Assembly (NCBI GenBank): GCA_017450885.1
Contig: JAFSSR010000011.1
Span: 1-43,501, forward strand
Direction: 5' to 3'
Origin: Clostridia bacterium
GTDB taxonomy: Bacteria > Bacillota > Clostridia > Oscillospirales > CAG-272
Length of the DNA stretch: 43,501 nucleotides
Shown one piece after another: positions 1 to 9,122 of the stretch (position 1 is its first letter; every line of letters begins with the position of its first letter). The position numbers and the translations under genes are program-made. The notes beneath the pieces are model-generated. The model saw only the letters and a program-made list of their open reading frames with translations, had not been told where the DNA came from and did no database searches.

Positions 1-229
1 CCTCGGGAAGCTCGGAACGCTTATCTGGAAGTCGGAAAAAGCCCTTTCCGAAGCCTCGGACGGTCTGAAAGAGGCGGGCGATACGCTCGCCGCCGCCGAA
101 TACTGCCGCGACAGGATCATCCCCGCGATGGACGAGCTGCGCAAATACGCCGACGAGGCGGAGACGCTTGTCGGGCGCGAATACTGGCCTTTCCCCACCT
201 ACGGCGACATACTGTTCGGCGTGAGATAA
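1..229 (+). CDS. Glutamine synthetase type III, C-terminal fragment (5'-truncated by window)
   Basis: Frame 2 read by hand: ...YCRDRIIPAMDELRKYADEAETLVGREYWPFPTYGDILFGVR*. WPxPTYxDxLF is the typical GSIII C-terminus. Confidence 0.85.
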   Translation, partial: LGKLGTLIWKSEKALSEASDGLKEAGDTLAAAEYCRDRIIPAMDELRKYADEAETLVGREYWPFPTYGDILFGVR

Positions 230-257
230 TTATTAGATTACCAAATCATATACTGTT

Positions 258-396
258 AAAAGAGACTGTTAAAAAACTCAGAATTTCATCCTAGACGCAA
301 CGAAGGATCTACGGAATTCTTTTAAATTCTCGCAGATCCTTCGTCGATTTAATTATCAGGATGACACGCTTGGAAGTTTTCAGAACAGTCTCTTTT
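258..396. repeat. Nested palindromic (REP/MITE-like) element; may also act as terminator between convergent genes
   Basis: Nested inverted pairs: AAAAGAGACTGTT(258-270)/AACAGTCTCTTTT(384-396), TCATCCT(286-292)/AGGATGA(358-364), ACGAAGGATCT(300-310)/AGATCCTTCGT(334-344), GAATT/AATTC. Confidence 0.7.
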
Positions 397-416
397 TTAT
401 GATAAATCTTTATCGA

Positions 417-803
417 TTATTCTTCTACCATTTCTGTTTGCGTACAGATCACAATATATGCGATCAACCAAATTGGCCAAAAAGGAATTAAAACCGCTAT
501 CGCACGTCCGATCCAGCGATTCATGCCATAACACTTTTCGATACCGGAAAAGACTCCTCCCAAGATTTTTCCGTTTTTGACTCTTACGAATTTATTCCCG
601 GTAGAAACCTTTAACGGAGATGTCTGCATAAATGATCTATTAGAGTCGAGTTTGACTCCGCATTTAATACATACCGCTTGGTTGGAATTTGTCGGAGAGC
701 CGCAATTCTGACAAAAATTCTCTCCTTTTCCTTTCGACGCTCCGCATTTTACGCAAAAATCCGCATTTTCGTTCAATTCTGCTCCACAATTTCTGCAAAA
801 CAT
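417..803 (-). CDS. Double zinc-ribbon protein with C-terminal PspC-like membrane domain
   Basis: Four CxxCG motifs (CRNCG, CVKCG, CQNCG, CIKCG), then KILGGVFSGIEKCYG..WIGR plus a hydrophobic helix resembling PspC. GGAG RBS upstream. Confidence 0.8.
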   Translation of the reverse strand: MFCRNCGAELNENADFCVKCGASKGKGENFCQNCGSPTNSNQAVCIKCGVKLDSNRSFMQTSPLKVSTGNKFVRVKNGKILGGVFSGIEKCYGMNRWIGRAIAVLIPFWPIWLIAYIVICTQTEMVEE

Positions 804-845
804 AATTATACTCTCCTTTTATCCGGCAAAAAGCCTTTTTTAATT

Positions 846-890
846 ATTATACTCAATCTTTGAGTATTTGTCAATACTCAAAGATTGAGT
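846..890 (-). promoter_or_regulatory. Consensus sigma70/sigmaA promoter overlapped by a double palindromic operator
   Basis: Minus strand TTGACA (874-869), 17 bp, TATAAT (851-846). Perfect 18-bp inverted repeat ACTCAATCTTTGAGTATT(851-868)/AATACTCAAAGATTGAGT(873-890), each arm containing ACTCAA-N3-TTGAGT. Confidence 0.75.
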
Positions 891-910
891 TTTTATAATA
901 ATTACAGGAG

Positions 911-1144
911 GTGCTTATGAATTACAGGAAACGGATAAGAGAAGTCAGAGAAGACAGAGATTATACTCAAGCGCAAATCGGAGCTATTCTGAATAAGACC
1001 CAAAAAGGATACAATCACATCGAGAACGGACGAGCTGAACTGAAAATAGATGACCTTATTTTGTTATGCAGATTTTATAATCTTTCCGCCGATTATTTGA
1101 TCGGATTGACAGATGATTTAAAAACACTCAAGATGAAAAACTGA
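911..1144 (+). CDS. XRE/Cro-CI family HTH transcriptional regulator
   Basis: RIREVREDRDYTQAQIGAIL..TQKGYNHIENGR..L..L..LCRFYNLSADYLIG is a classic HTH_3 pattern. AGGAGG RBS; ATG at 917 is an alternative start. Confidence 0.9.
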   Translation: MLMNYRKRIREVREDRDYTQAQIGAILNKTQKGYNHIENGRAELKIDDLILLCRFYNLSADYLIGLTDDLKTLKMKN

Positions 1145-1145
1145 T

Positions 1146-1184
1146 ACAATTAATGGGTCAGATATAATCTGACCCATTAATTGT
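1146..1184. terminator. Perfect 18-bp inverted repeat between convergent XRE and peptidase genes (probable terminator)
   Basis: ACAATTAATGGGTCAGAT-ATA-ATCTGACCCATTAATTGT; U-tracts are weak. Confidence 0.55.
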
Positions 1185-1197
1185 TCAAAACTCAATT

Positions 1198-2895
1198 TCA
1201 CCCAATCTTCGCCTTTAGCGCTTCCGCCTGCTTTTCGGCAAACTCGGCGGTCGCTTTTACCGTTTCGGGGTCGAGCGGGTTGGGGATGCCGGCGCGTTCG
1301 AGCGTTTCGAAATATCCGTACATTCCGCCCATCGAGCAGAGCTTGAGGTAGCTTCCCCACGCGTCCCCGCCCTCGACCTTCTTGCGGTAGAGCGAGGCGG
1401 CGCCCATCTGCGCCAGCGCGTAGTCGATATAGTAGAACGGGTAGAGGAAGATGTGCTGTTTTTGCATCCAGAAGCCGCCGCCCTCGAGAAATTCGTTTCC
1501 GTCGTAGCTGCGCCAGGGCATATACTTCTTTTCGATCTCACGCCAAAAACGCCGCCAGTCGGCGGGACCGGAGGACGGATTTTCGAATACGCGGTGCTGG
1601 AACTCGTCGACCGAGACGAGATAGGGGATGGTCTTTATCGAGTCGCAGAAATGGGCGTATCTGTATTTGTCCGCCTTGTCGCCGAAGAAGCTCTCCATAT
1701 ACGGATATGCGAAATACTCCATGGACATCGAGTGTATCTCGTTGATCTCGCTCGTCGAATGGGCGAGCTCGGCGAGCGGAAGCCGCCGCGAGGCGTAGTA
1801 CGACTCGAAGGCGTGTCCCGCCTCGTGGGTCAGCACGTCGACGTCGGCGGAGGTGCCGTTGAAGTTGGAGAATATGAACGGCGCCTTGTACTCCGCCATA
1901 GAGGTACAGTAACCGCCGAGATGTTTGTTTTCGCGCGTAACGAAGTCGAACAGCTCGTGCTCGACCATGAAGTTGAAGAACTCGCCGGTCTCCGGGGACA
2001 TATCCTCGTACATCAGGCGCGCCTTTTCGGTCAGCTTCTCGGGAGTGCCGATCGGGGCGGCGTTGCCGTCCGGGAAGACGAGGGACTCGTCATACCAGCA
2101 CAGCTTATCGACGCCAATGCGTTCGCGCTGCTCCTCGAACATTTTTTCGCAGATGGGGGTGATATACTTCCGCACCGCCTCGCGGAATTCGGCGGCTTTT
2201 TTCGCGTCGTAATCGTATCTCCCGCGGGAAAGGTAAACGTAGTCGATATAGCTGTCGAAGCCGAGTTTTTTCGCTATCGAGCAGCGGACCTTGACCAGCT
2301 TTCCGTACTGCTCGTCCAGCTTCCCGGAGATGCCCTCGTACAGCTTCGCCCACTCGACGAAAGCGGCGCGGCGCTCCTCCCTGTCGGTCGACTGCATATG
2401 CTTGAGCAGTCCGTAGAAGTTGCACTTTTCGCCCATGAATTCGACCGAGCAGGTCGCCGCCGTCTTGGAATACTCGGTAGTCAGCTTGTTTTCCTTGATG
2501 GACGGCAGGACGATAGCCGGCTTGACCAGCTTGTCCTGCGCCTCGGCGTCGCGGAACATCTGCGCGCCGTACTTCTCCTCGAACTGCGCGCGGAAGGGGG
2601 TCTTCAGCATGGCGGTGTTCGCCTTTTTGAAGACCATCATCATTTTGGGGACCTCTTTATTGAAGAACTCCATCTCGCCGTCGTAGAACTCGTCCTTCAT
2701 GTTCATTGTGTTGCGGACGCTGGCGATGACGTACTGCGTCATCACCTTTTCGCTCACCTCATGCCAGCCGAGAAAAGCGGCGTCGGCTTCTTCAAAGCTC
2801 TTCGCGGCCTTGAACTTTTTGACGTATCCGAGAAAATCGCGTTTTATCTCCTCCGGGTCGGGTCGGGTGTATTTCAGATCCTTGAATTTTTCCAT
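1198..2895 (-). CDS. M3 family oligoendopeptidase (PepF-like)
   Basis: HEAGH zinc motif (DVDVLTHEAGHAF), EIHSMSME, HIFLYPFYYIDYALAQ, GGYCT. Start placed at MEKFKDL (ATG 2895, GGAGG RBS) rather than the 3084 track start. Confidence 0.92.
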   Translation of the reverse strand: MEKFKDLKYTRPDPEEIKRDFLGYVKKFKAAKSFEEADAAFLGWHEVSEKVMTQYVIASVRNTMNMKDEFYDGEMEFFNKEVPKMMMVFKKANTAMLKTPFRAQFEEKYGAQMFRDAEAQDKLVKPAIVLPSIKENKLTTEYSKTAATCSVEFMGEKCNFYGLLKHMQSTDREERRAAFVEWAKLYEGISGKLDEQYGKLVKVRCSIAKKLGFDSYIDYVYLSRGRYDYDAKKAAEFREAVRKYITPICEKMFEEQRERIGVDKLCWYDESLVFPDGNAAPIGTPEKLTEKARLMYEDMSPETGEFFNFMVEHELFDFVTRENKHLGGYCTSMAEYKAPFIFSNFNGTSADVDVLTHEAGHAFESYYASRRLPLAELAHSTSEINEIHSMSMEYFAYPYMESFFGDKADKYRYAHFCDSIKTIPYLVSVDEFQHRVFENPSSGPADWRRFWREIEKKYMPWRSYDGNEFLEGGGFWMQKQHIFLYPFYYIDYALAQMGAASLYRKKVEGGDAWGSYLKLCSMGGMYGYFETLERAGIPNPLDPETVKATAEFAEKQAEALKAKIG

Positions 2896-2974
2896 AAACG
2901 CCTCCGATGTTTTATCTTGATAATATGATATCACACGGCGGGTAAAAATGCAACATCGTCCCGACAAAAATCGG

Positions 2975-3003
2975 TTGACAGAATAAGAGGTATATGTTAT
3001 AAT
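2975..3003 (+). promoter_or_regulatory. smpB promoter (consensus sigmaA, extended -10)
   Basis: TTGACA(2975-2980), 17 bp, TATAAT(2998-3003) preceded by TGn. Confidence 0.75.
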
Positions 3004-3035
3004 ACTATCCCAAACCGGAAGAAGGAGGTGCGCCC

Positions 3036-3500
3036 GTGGCAAAGAACACAGGGAAAAAGGTAATAGCGCCGAACAAAAAGGCATATCACGACTATTTCGT
3101 GCTGGAGACCTTTGAAGCGGGCATCGAGCTCTGCGGGACAGAGGTCAAGAGCCTCCGCGCCGGGGCGGTGAACCTCAAGGACTGCTACTGCACGGTGGTG
3201 CGCGGCGAGATGATAGCCCACGGGATACATATCTCCCCCTACGAGCAGGGCAACATCTACAACCGCGATCCCCTGCGCGACAGGCGGCTGCTCATGCACA
3301 AGCGCGAAATACTTCGCCTCGCCGGAAAGGTCGCGCGCGAGGGACTTACGCTGATACCGCTTTCGCTCTACTTCTCCGGCTCGCGCGTCAAAGTCGAGCT
3401 GGGGCTCTGCAAGGGCAAAAAGCTGTACGACAAGCGGGACGCAGCCGCCGAAAAGTCGGCGAAACGCGACATCGAACGCGCGACGCGCGGCAAAGAGTAG
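3036..3500 (+). CDS. smpB: SsrA-binding protein SmpB
   Basis: [52 protein letters not shown]; immediately upstream of tmRNA. Confidence 0.98.
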   Translation: MAKNTGKKVIAPNKKAYHDYFVLETFEAGIELCGTEVKSLRAGAVNLKDCYCTVVRGEMIAHGIHISPYEQGNIYNRDPLRDRRLLMHKREILRLAGKVAREGLTLIPLSLYFSGSRVKVELGLCKGKKLYDKRDAAAEKSAKRDIERATRGKE

Positions 3501-3541
3501 GATCTCGATCTGATACAGTACGTTATACCCCATCCGTCCAC

Positions 3542-3887
3542 GGGGATGCAATGGTTTCGACGGGGACGATGAAGCCGGGTAAGCGGGCGGAGGTGGGATA
3601 CCTCCTTAAACAGTCTCAACTTTTAAAAATAAACGCTAACGATACTGTAGCACAGGCTGCCTGACGCGGCCCGTCCTGTGAGAGAGCGCCGCGGCTCTCA
3701 TAAGGGCGTCGATTATGCGGCGAACATGAAGTGCGAGTTCGCTTTTCTAACACTCAGGAATAAAAAAGCTGCCGTACGGGTCATTTGACGGCTTCGACCC
3801 GCGCGGGAGACTATAAACCGTCTGCGCCCGGAGAAAGCCCTGTGGATTTGTTTTCGGACAGGAGTTCGATTCTCCTCATCTCCACCA
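3542..3887 (+). ncRNA. ssrA: tmRNA; tag peptide ANDTVAQAA* (3635-3664)
   Basis: 5' GGGGATG..GGTTTCGACGGGG pairs with 3' CATCTCC-ACCA, including the G3:U alanine identity pair. T-arm CAGGAGTTCGATTCTCCT; resume context AAATAAAC|GCT AAC GAT...GCT GCC TGA. Confidence 0.95.
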
Positions 3888-3930
3888 AATCGAAGATCCC
3901 GCCGACTGTCGTCGGCGGGGTCTTCGATTT
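3887..3930 (+). terminator. Hairpin terminator after ssrA
   Basis: AAATCGAAGATCCCGCCGAC-TGTC-GTCGGCGGGGTCTTCGATTT long stem. Confidence 0.7.
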
Positions 3931-4038
3931 GTATTATTCATTCTTAAGTCTTTAGTATTCATCGAGCCTCGCCGGGTACGGCTTTCGATACTGTCATCCC
4001 GCGAAAAAACATACCGCGCTTTTTTATTATATCGTATA

Positions 4039-4067
4039 TTGACAATCGCGCCCGCCTCGCGTATAAT
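4039..4067 (+). promoter_or_regulatory. Consensus sigmaA promoter of the Na/Pi cotransporter
   Basis: TTGACA(4039-4044), 17 bp, TATAAT(4062-4067). Confidence 0.75.
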
Positions 4068-4101
4068 AATGACGATCAATTATACCTTTGATTGGAGACC
4101 T

Positions 4102-5907
4102 ATGGAAATCGTTTTTACGGTAATCAAGCTGCTCGGAGGCTTGGCTCTTTTCCTGTACGGAATGAGGCTGATGGGCGACAATTTAAAAGAGAGCTCGTCC
4201 GGAACGCTCAAGATCGTGATGGAGAAGGTCACGGACAACCCCGTCAAGGCCTTCCTGCTCGGTATAGCGGTGACGGCGGTAATTCAGTCGTCGACCGCCT
4301 GCATAGTCATCACTTCCGGACTTGTCTCGGCGGGAGTTATCAAGTTCCGCCAGTCGCTCGGGATAATCATAGGAGCTAACGTCGGTACCACCGTTACCGG
4401 TCAGATCATCCGTCTGCTCGACATCAACGCGGAGGGCTCGTTCCTCCAGTTCTTCCAACCGTCCACGCTCGCGCCTGTCGCGCTGATCATCGGCATCGTG
4501 CTTATCATGTTCATCCGCATGAAGAAGTCGCAGGTCGTGGGGAATATCGCGCTGGGCTTCGGTATTCTTTTCACCGGACTTATCAACATGACCGGCGCGG
4601 TCAGCGGGCTGACCGGCGTACTCGGCAACCTTTTCACCAACCTCGGCGACAACCCATTTCTCGGCTATCTCTCCGGCGCGGGAGTCGCCTTCGTCCTCCA
4701 GAGCTCGTCTGCGACCATCGGTATCCTGCAGGCCTTCTCCACCAGCTTCGATCTGCCCTTCTACACGGTATACATCATAATCGTCGGAATATACCTCGGC
4801 GACTGTGTGACCACCGCCATCGTATGCTCGATCGGCTCTAAAGCGGACGCGAAGCGCGTAGGTCTGGTCAACATCCTCTTCAACCTCAGCGAGACGGTCG
4901 TCGTTCTTGTCGCTGTCAATCTCGCCCACGGCTTCGGCTGGCTCGACGGACTCTGGGACAAAAACCTCACTCCCGGCAGCATCGCGAACACCAATACCAT
5001 CTTCAACCTCGGATGCGCCATACTCCTGCTCCCGATGGTCAACGTTTACGCAAAGATCAGCGAGAAGCTGATAAAGGATAAACCCGGGCCGGAAAACAAG
5101 TACGCCACCCACATCAACGCCCTCAACCCGATATTTTTCAGCACCCCGGCGCTCGCCTTCAAAAGCTGCTACGACGCGCTCCGCACAATGCTGACGGTCT
5201 CGCGCGGCAGCATCGACAAGGCGATCTCCCTGCTCTTCAAATTCGATCAGAAGATATACGATAAGATCGACGAGGAAGAGGACAACATGGATACCCTCGC
5301 CGACCGGGTGAGCGAATATCTTGTGCGCCTGTCGCCGCACATAACCGAGCAGGACCACGTCCTGATACTTGACCAGTATTACAAGCTGGTAAACGAATTC
5401 GAGAAGCTGAGCGACTACGCGAAGAACATTTCCATCATCGCGCGCGATCTCAACGCCGCCAACGCCCGTTTTTCGGACGAAGCCTGCCGCGAGATAGGCA
5501 TAGCCGTCGATCTGCTCTCAAAGATACTCGATTATTCCGAGGCCGCGTTCGAGAAGCGCGACTTCGACGCGGCGAAGCATATCGAGCCCTATGAAGAGGT
5601 CATGGACGATATCGTCAACGCCCTGCACGACAACCACATCGAACGGCTCCGCGAGGGCACCTGCAATATTGAGGCGGGCGCGTGCTTCCTCGACGTCATG
5701 TCAAATCTGGAGTACATCTCCGACTCCTGCTCCAATATCGGAGTTGCGATAGTCGCCCGCGTAAGCCCCGAGGTGTCAAAGCAGGCGCATATGTATATCT
5801 CTTCCCTGCATCAGGGCAGCGACGAGTGGTATAACGATCTGTATCACACCGAGCACGACGAGTATTTCGCCCGTCTCGGGATAAAAGCGGAAGGAACGCC
5901 GCGGTAA
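4102..5907 (+). CDS. Na/Pi cotransporter family protein with C-terminal PhoU-like domains
   Basis: LLGGLALFLYGM, repeated QSS motifs (VIQSST, VLQSSSA), GANVGTT, and helical C-terminus (HIERLREGTC). Start MEIVF at 4102 after GGAG, downstream of the promoter. Confidence 0.92.
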   Translation: MEIVFTVIKLLGGLALFLYGMRLMGDNLKESSSGTLKIVMEKVTDNPVKAFLLGIAVTAVIQSSTACIVITSGLVSAGVIKFRQSLGIIIGANVGTTVTGQIIRLLDINAEGSFLQFFQPSTLAPVALIIGIVLIMFIRMKKSQVVGNIALGFGILFTGLINMTGAVSGLTGVLGNLFTNLGDNPFLGYLSGAGVAFVLQSSSATIGILQAFSTSFDLPFYTVYIIIVGIYLGDCVTTAIVCSIGSKADAKRVGLVNILFNLSETVVVLVAVNLAHGFGWLDGLWDKNLTPGSIANTNTIFNLGCAILLLPMVNVYAKISEKLIKDKPGPENKYATHINALNPIFFSTPALAFKSCYDALRTMLTVSRGSIDKAISLLFKFDQKIYDKIDEEEDNMDTLADRVSEYLVRLSPHITEQDHVLILDQYYKLVNEFEKLSDYAKNISIIARDLNAANARFSDEACREIGIAVDLLSKILDYSEAAFEKRDFDAAKHIEPYEEVMDDIVNALHDNHIERLREGTCNIEAGACFLDVMSNLEYISDSCSNIGVAIVARVSPEVSKQAHMYISSLHQGSDEWYNDLYHTEHDEYFARLGIKAEGTPR

Positions 5908-5915
5908 ATACTGAA

Positions 5916-5943
5916 AAAACAGCAACCGTCAGGCTGCTGTTTT
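5916..5943 (+). terminator. Probable intrinsic terminator
   Basis: AAAACAGCA-N10-TGCTGTTTT just after the stop codon. Confidence 0.55.
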
Positions 5944-5994
5944 ACGTTGGAAACGTATCAGAAAGAAGACTGAAAAAACCGCCGGGGGTGGATC

Positions 5995-7257
5995 GTGATG
6001 AAAGAACTGAAAGACCATTCCGGACTCGACTGGAGCTCCTGGTTCTGGGTAGACAAGGAGGAATACGGCGGCGCGTGGAAAACGGGAAGATGCCGGTATC
6101 GTATAGAAAAGTCGGTGGGGCGCGACAACGAGGGCAGACAGATCCTCATGGTGTGGGTCAACCTCGACAAATATGATCCGCACAAGTTCAGACAAACATT
6201 CTACGAGATATCCTTTGACGAATATCTCGTTTTCCTCGACCGCGCGATCGAGCAGGGCGAAGTGAAGCCGAACGAGCGTCAGCATTTTATTGACAAGGCG
6301 AACTCCCCGTTCATCCCGCCGTGGGACGCAAGTAAGGATATCGTCGTCTATCGGGACGGACGATATACCCTCGGACAAAAGAACGAGCGTCCCTATCTCA
6401 TTGCCGACGGCGAGGAATACGCTCTGACCTGCCACCCTTACGAGCCCTGCCTCTATATCACCGATAAAAACGGGAACATGACCGCGGTACACAACGCCTT
6501 CGACCCGTTCGACGTGCTCGAATGCTTTCACAGAGGCGATATCCTGACCTCGATAACCGGTTTCGAGTACGACGCTGCGGACTTTTGCCGTATGGCGGAA
6601 TACGCCGCCGGCATGATGGATATAAGCATCAGCGACGCGGAAGCGGTGTTCGGCGACCGTCCGAAAAACAAGCGCCGAAAAGCGCCCGGCATCGAAAAGA
6701 CGTCCTCTCCGGATAATCACGAAGACGAGACCGGCGCAAAAAATGCCGCCGGATCACACGGTCCTGACCGCACCCCCGACGATCCGTTTTACGAGCTTAT
6801 CGCCCGGTATCCCGATTCGGTCGTGGATTACTGCATCGTAAGCAGCGAAAACGACATCGGACGGAACGCGCATTGGATGGCGTTGGTATGGGCGTGCCGC
6901 AAGCTGTTCATCGACGAGGACGGCGAGACGTTATGGAACTTCGACGTCAGTAAAGCCGACGCGAAGAAGATAAGCGCGGACGAGCTTTTCTCCCGCGAGA
7001 AGAAAAAAGGCGAGCTTACTTACCGTACGGCGTTTCTGGATCCGCCGCATAAAAACCGCTATACCGGCGCCGACTTCGAGAAGGTGAACGCCGCCCTCTT
7101 CCCGCGCGGAACGGACGGCATCGAGGTCTATAAGTGGACGACGGACTGGTCGGATTACTTTGACGACGGACACGAGTGGTGGGGGACTCTCTGCCTGACC
7201 GTATACGATAAGGCGCTTGACCGCTTTGCGGTGATAATGGCGTCGGCGACCGATTGA
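5995..7257 (+). CDS. Hypothetical protein, apparently two domains joined by a charged linker
   Basis: 420-aa ORF with codon style matching neighbours. Linker KNKRRKAPG...PDRTPDD; C-terminal WTTDWSDYFDDGHEWWG...MASATD. Confidence 0.75.
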   Translation: MMKELKDHSGLDWSSWFWVDKEEYGGAWKTGRCRYRIEKSVGRDNEGRQILMVWVNLDKYDPHKFRQTFYEISFDEYLVFLDRAIEQGEVKPNERQHFIDKANSPFIPPWDASKDIVVYRDGRYTLGQKNERPYLIADGEEYALTCHPYEPCLYITDKNGNMTAVHNAFDPFDVLECFHRGDILTSITGFEYDAADFCRMAEYAAGMMDISISDAEAVFGDRPKNKRRKAPGIEKTSSPDNHEDETGAKNAAGSHGPDRTPDDPFYELIARYPDSVVDYCIVSSENDIGRNAHWMALVWACRKLFIDEDGETLWNFDVSKADAKKISADELFSREKKKGELTYRTAFLDPPHKNRYTGADFEKVNAALFPRGTDGIEVYKWTTDWSDYFDDGHEWWGTLCLTVYDKALDRFAVIMASATD

Positions 7258-7274
7258 CCGGAGAGGATCTGAAA

Positions 7275-7691
7275 ATGAAAATAATGGTCAGCGCCTGCCT
7301 GTTGGGCGAAAAATGCAAATACAACGGCGGGGACAATTATTCGGAAAAGGTGATCGAGTATATAAGCGGACACGAGGTCATCCCCGTCTGCCCGGAAACG
7401 GCGGGCGGACTTCCGACTCCGCGCCTTCCCTGCGAGATAGTCTGCGGCGAAGTGTTCGACTCCTCCGGGACGAGCAGGGACAGGGAGTTCCGCGACGGGG
7501 CGAAAAAATGCCTCGAGCTTGCAAAAGCGGAAGGGGCGGACCTTGTCATACTCCAGTCGCGCAGTCCCTCCTGCGGCGTCGGGACGATTTATGACGGCAG
7601 CTTTTCGGGAAAGCTGATCCCCGGTTCCGGCGTGTTCGCCTCGCTGCTCCGCGAAAACGGCGTCAGGGTGATCGACGTAAAGGACCTGTAG
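7275..7691 (+). CDS. DUF523 family protein (2-thiouracil desulfurase-like)
   Basis: VSACLLGEKCKYNG, PVCPE..GGLPTPR, SRSPSCG, YDGSFSG...G.GVFA. Start MKIMVS at 7275. Confidence 0.9.
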   Translation: MKIMVSACLLGEKCKYNGGDNYSEKVIEYISGHEVIPVCPETAGGLPTPRLPCEIVCGEVFDSSGTSRDREFRDGAKKCLELAKAEGADLVILQSRSPSCGVGTIYDGSFSGKLIPGSGVFASLLRENGVRVIDVKDL

Positions 7692-7710
7692 ATCAAAGGA
7701 GACCTCCCGA

Positions 7711-8250
7711 ATGACAAGCGAAATAATCATCGGCAACGTCTGCAGTCTTTGCGCCCTGGCGTCCGACTCGATCGCCGGAACGCGCAAAAAGACCGATCAG
7801 ATACTCGGCATACAGATAATCAGCCAGTTTTTTTACGCCGCCGGATCCATAGTCCTGAAGGGATACAGCAGCACGGCGCAGAACGCGGCGGCGGTGCTGC
7901 GCAACCTCGCCGCCATGAAGCGGATCAAGAGCAAGGCGATAGAGTGGTCGCTTATCGCCCTCGGAGTCGTGCTCGGTATCGTTTTAAACAACCGCGGGCT
8001 ACTCGGATTTCTGCCGATAGTCGCAAATCTCGAATATTCGATAGCCGTTTTCCGCTTCAAGGACAACGAAAAACTGTTGAAGATCGCGCTGATCGTCAAT
8101 CTGATAATGTTCTCCGCTTTCAGCCTTGTGATATCCAATTACGTCGGCGTGGCGGCAAATCTGGTGGTAGCGGCCGCGACCTTTATCTCTATGATAAAAA
8201 CGGCGAGAGCAAAGAAAAAAGGCGGCGCGGAAAAGACCGCGGAAGAGTGA
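7711..8250 (+). CDS. YgjV-like inner membrane protein
   Basis: Multiple hydrophobic helices; KK..ILGIQI, GYS..AQN, LLGFLPIVA pattern; AAGGAG RBS. Confidence 0.7.
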   Translation: MTSEIIIGNVCSLCALASDSIAGTRKKTDQILGIQIISQFFYAAGSIVLKGYSSTAQNAAAVLRNLAAMKRIKSKAIEWSLIALGVVLGIVLNNRGLLGFLPIVANLEYSIAVFRFKDNEKLLKIALIVNLIMFSAFSLVISNYVGVAANLVVAAATFISMIKTARAKKKGGAEKTAEE

Positions 8251-8265
8251 GTCCGCGATATACAA

Positions 8266-8305
8266 AAAAGACGCGGGAAAACGCTATGTTTTCCCCGCGT
8301 CTTTT
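8266..8305. terminator. Bidirectional intrinsic terminator
   Basis: AAAAGACGCGGGAAAAC-GCTAT-GTTTTCCCCGCGTCTTTT between convergent genes. Confidence 0.75.
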
Positions 8306-9122
8306 ATATTATACGCCGTGTAAAAAAGTCGTACAGCCTGTCTCTGAAATCGGGGGCCGTATCGTACGCCGCGTGTCCGTATCCTTTATAAACGTGGTAA
8401 ACAAAATCGGTCTTTTCGCGGAAAACGCCGGCTATCTCCTCTATCGCGCCGCCGCCCAGCACCATATCGTCGCTCGATCCCGCGGCAAAGAGCGGACAGC
8501 GTATCTCCCCCGCGCGGTCCCTGAAGTCAAAGCCCCTCGCCGCGTTTGCAAGTACGGCAAAGCGTTCCAGCTCCTCCCCTGTCGCCGCTCTGCCCGCCTC
8601 GGCGAGCGCGTCCCTGAACATAGCGAACAATCCGGGAGGATAGAGCGCGCCGCCGAACGCGAGGTACAGCCCTTCCCCGTCCCCGCGCGCCGCTTTTTCG
8701 ATCCATTCTCCGACGGCTTTTGCGTTTTCCTCCGTCACGTTGACCGAGGTGGACGCCACCGCCAGCTTTTTTACCAGATCGGGACGGCTTGCGGCGATCT
8801 CGAGAGATATCATACCTCCCTGGGACGCGCCGAAAAGGCATATATCCCGAAGTCCGAGTGCGTCGAACGCCGCCGCGGAGCCGCGCGCCAGAGCGGATAT
8901 CGAACAATCCGCCGGGAGAGGCCGTCTCCTGTCGAAAACGAAGACGGTGAATTCATCCTCCATCACGCTGTACTCGCGCGCCACGGCGTCAGCCGACAGC
9001 ATAACGCTCTGCACGCTCAACCCGGGGATGATGACCATGGTCCTTTTTCCTCTTCCGAAGCGGAAAAAGTCGGTCTCAAAATCACCCGTTTTTACCGTTT
9101 CCGTTCTGATGGTCATATTCAT
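8304..9122 (-). CDS. Alpha/beta fold hydrolase
   Basis: IIPGL oxyanion region, nucleophile elbow GASQGG, GSSDDMV acid, GYGHAAY histidine. Confidence 0.9.
   Translation of the reverse strand: MNMTIRTETVKTGDFETDFFRFGRGKRTMVIIPGLSVQSVMLSADAVAREYSVMEDEFTVFVFDRRRPLPADCSISALARGSAAAFDALGLRDICLFGASQGGMISLEIAASRPDLVKKLAVASTSVNVTEENAKAVGEWIEKAARGDGEGLYLAFGGALYPPGLFAMFRDALAEAGRAATGEELERFAVLANAARGFDFRDRAGEIRCPLFAAGSSDDMVLGGGAIEEIAGVFREKTDFVYHVYKGYGHAAYDTAPDFRDRLYDFFTRRII

Noticed and set aside
3860-4100. Prophage or island integrated at the ssrA 3' end
   Set aside because: No integrase follows, and I saw no duplicated ssrA 3' fragment in the window.
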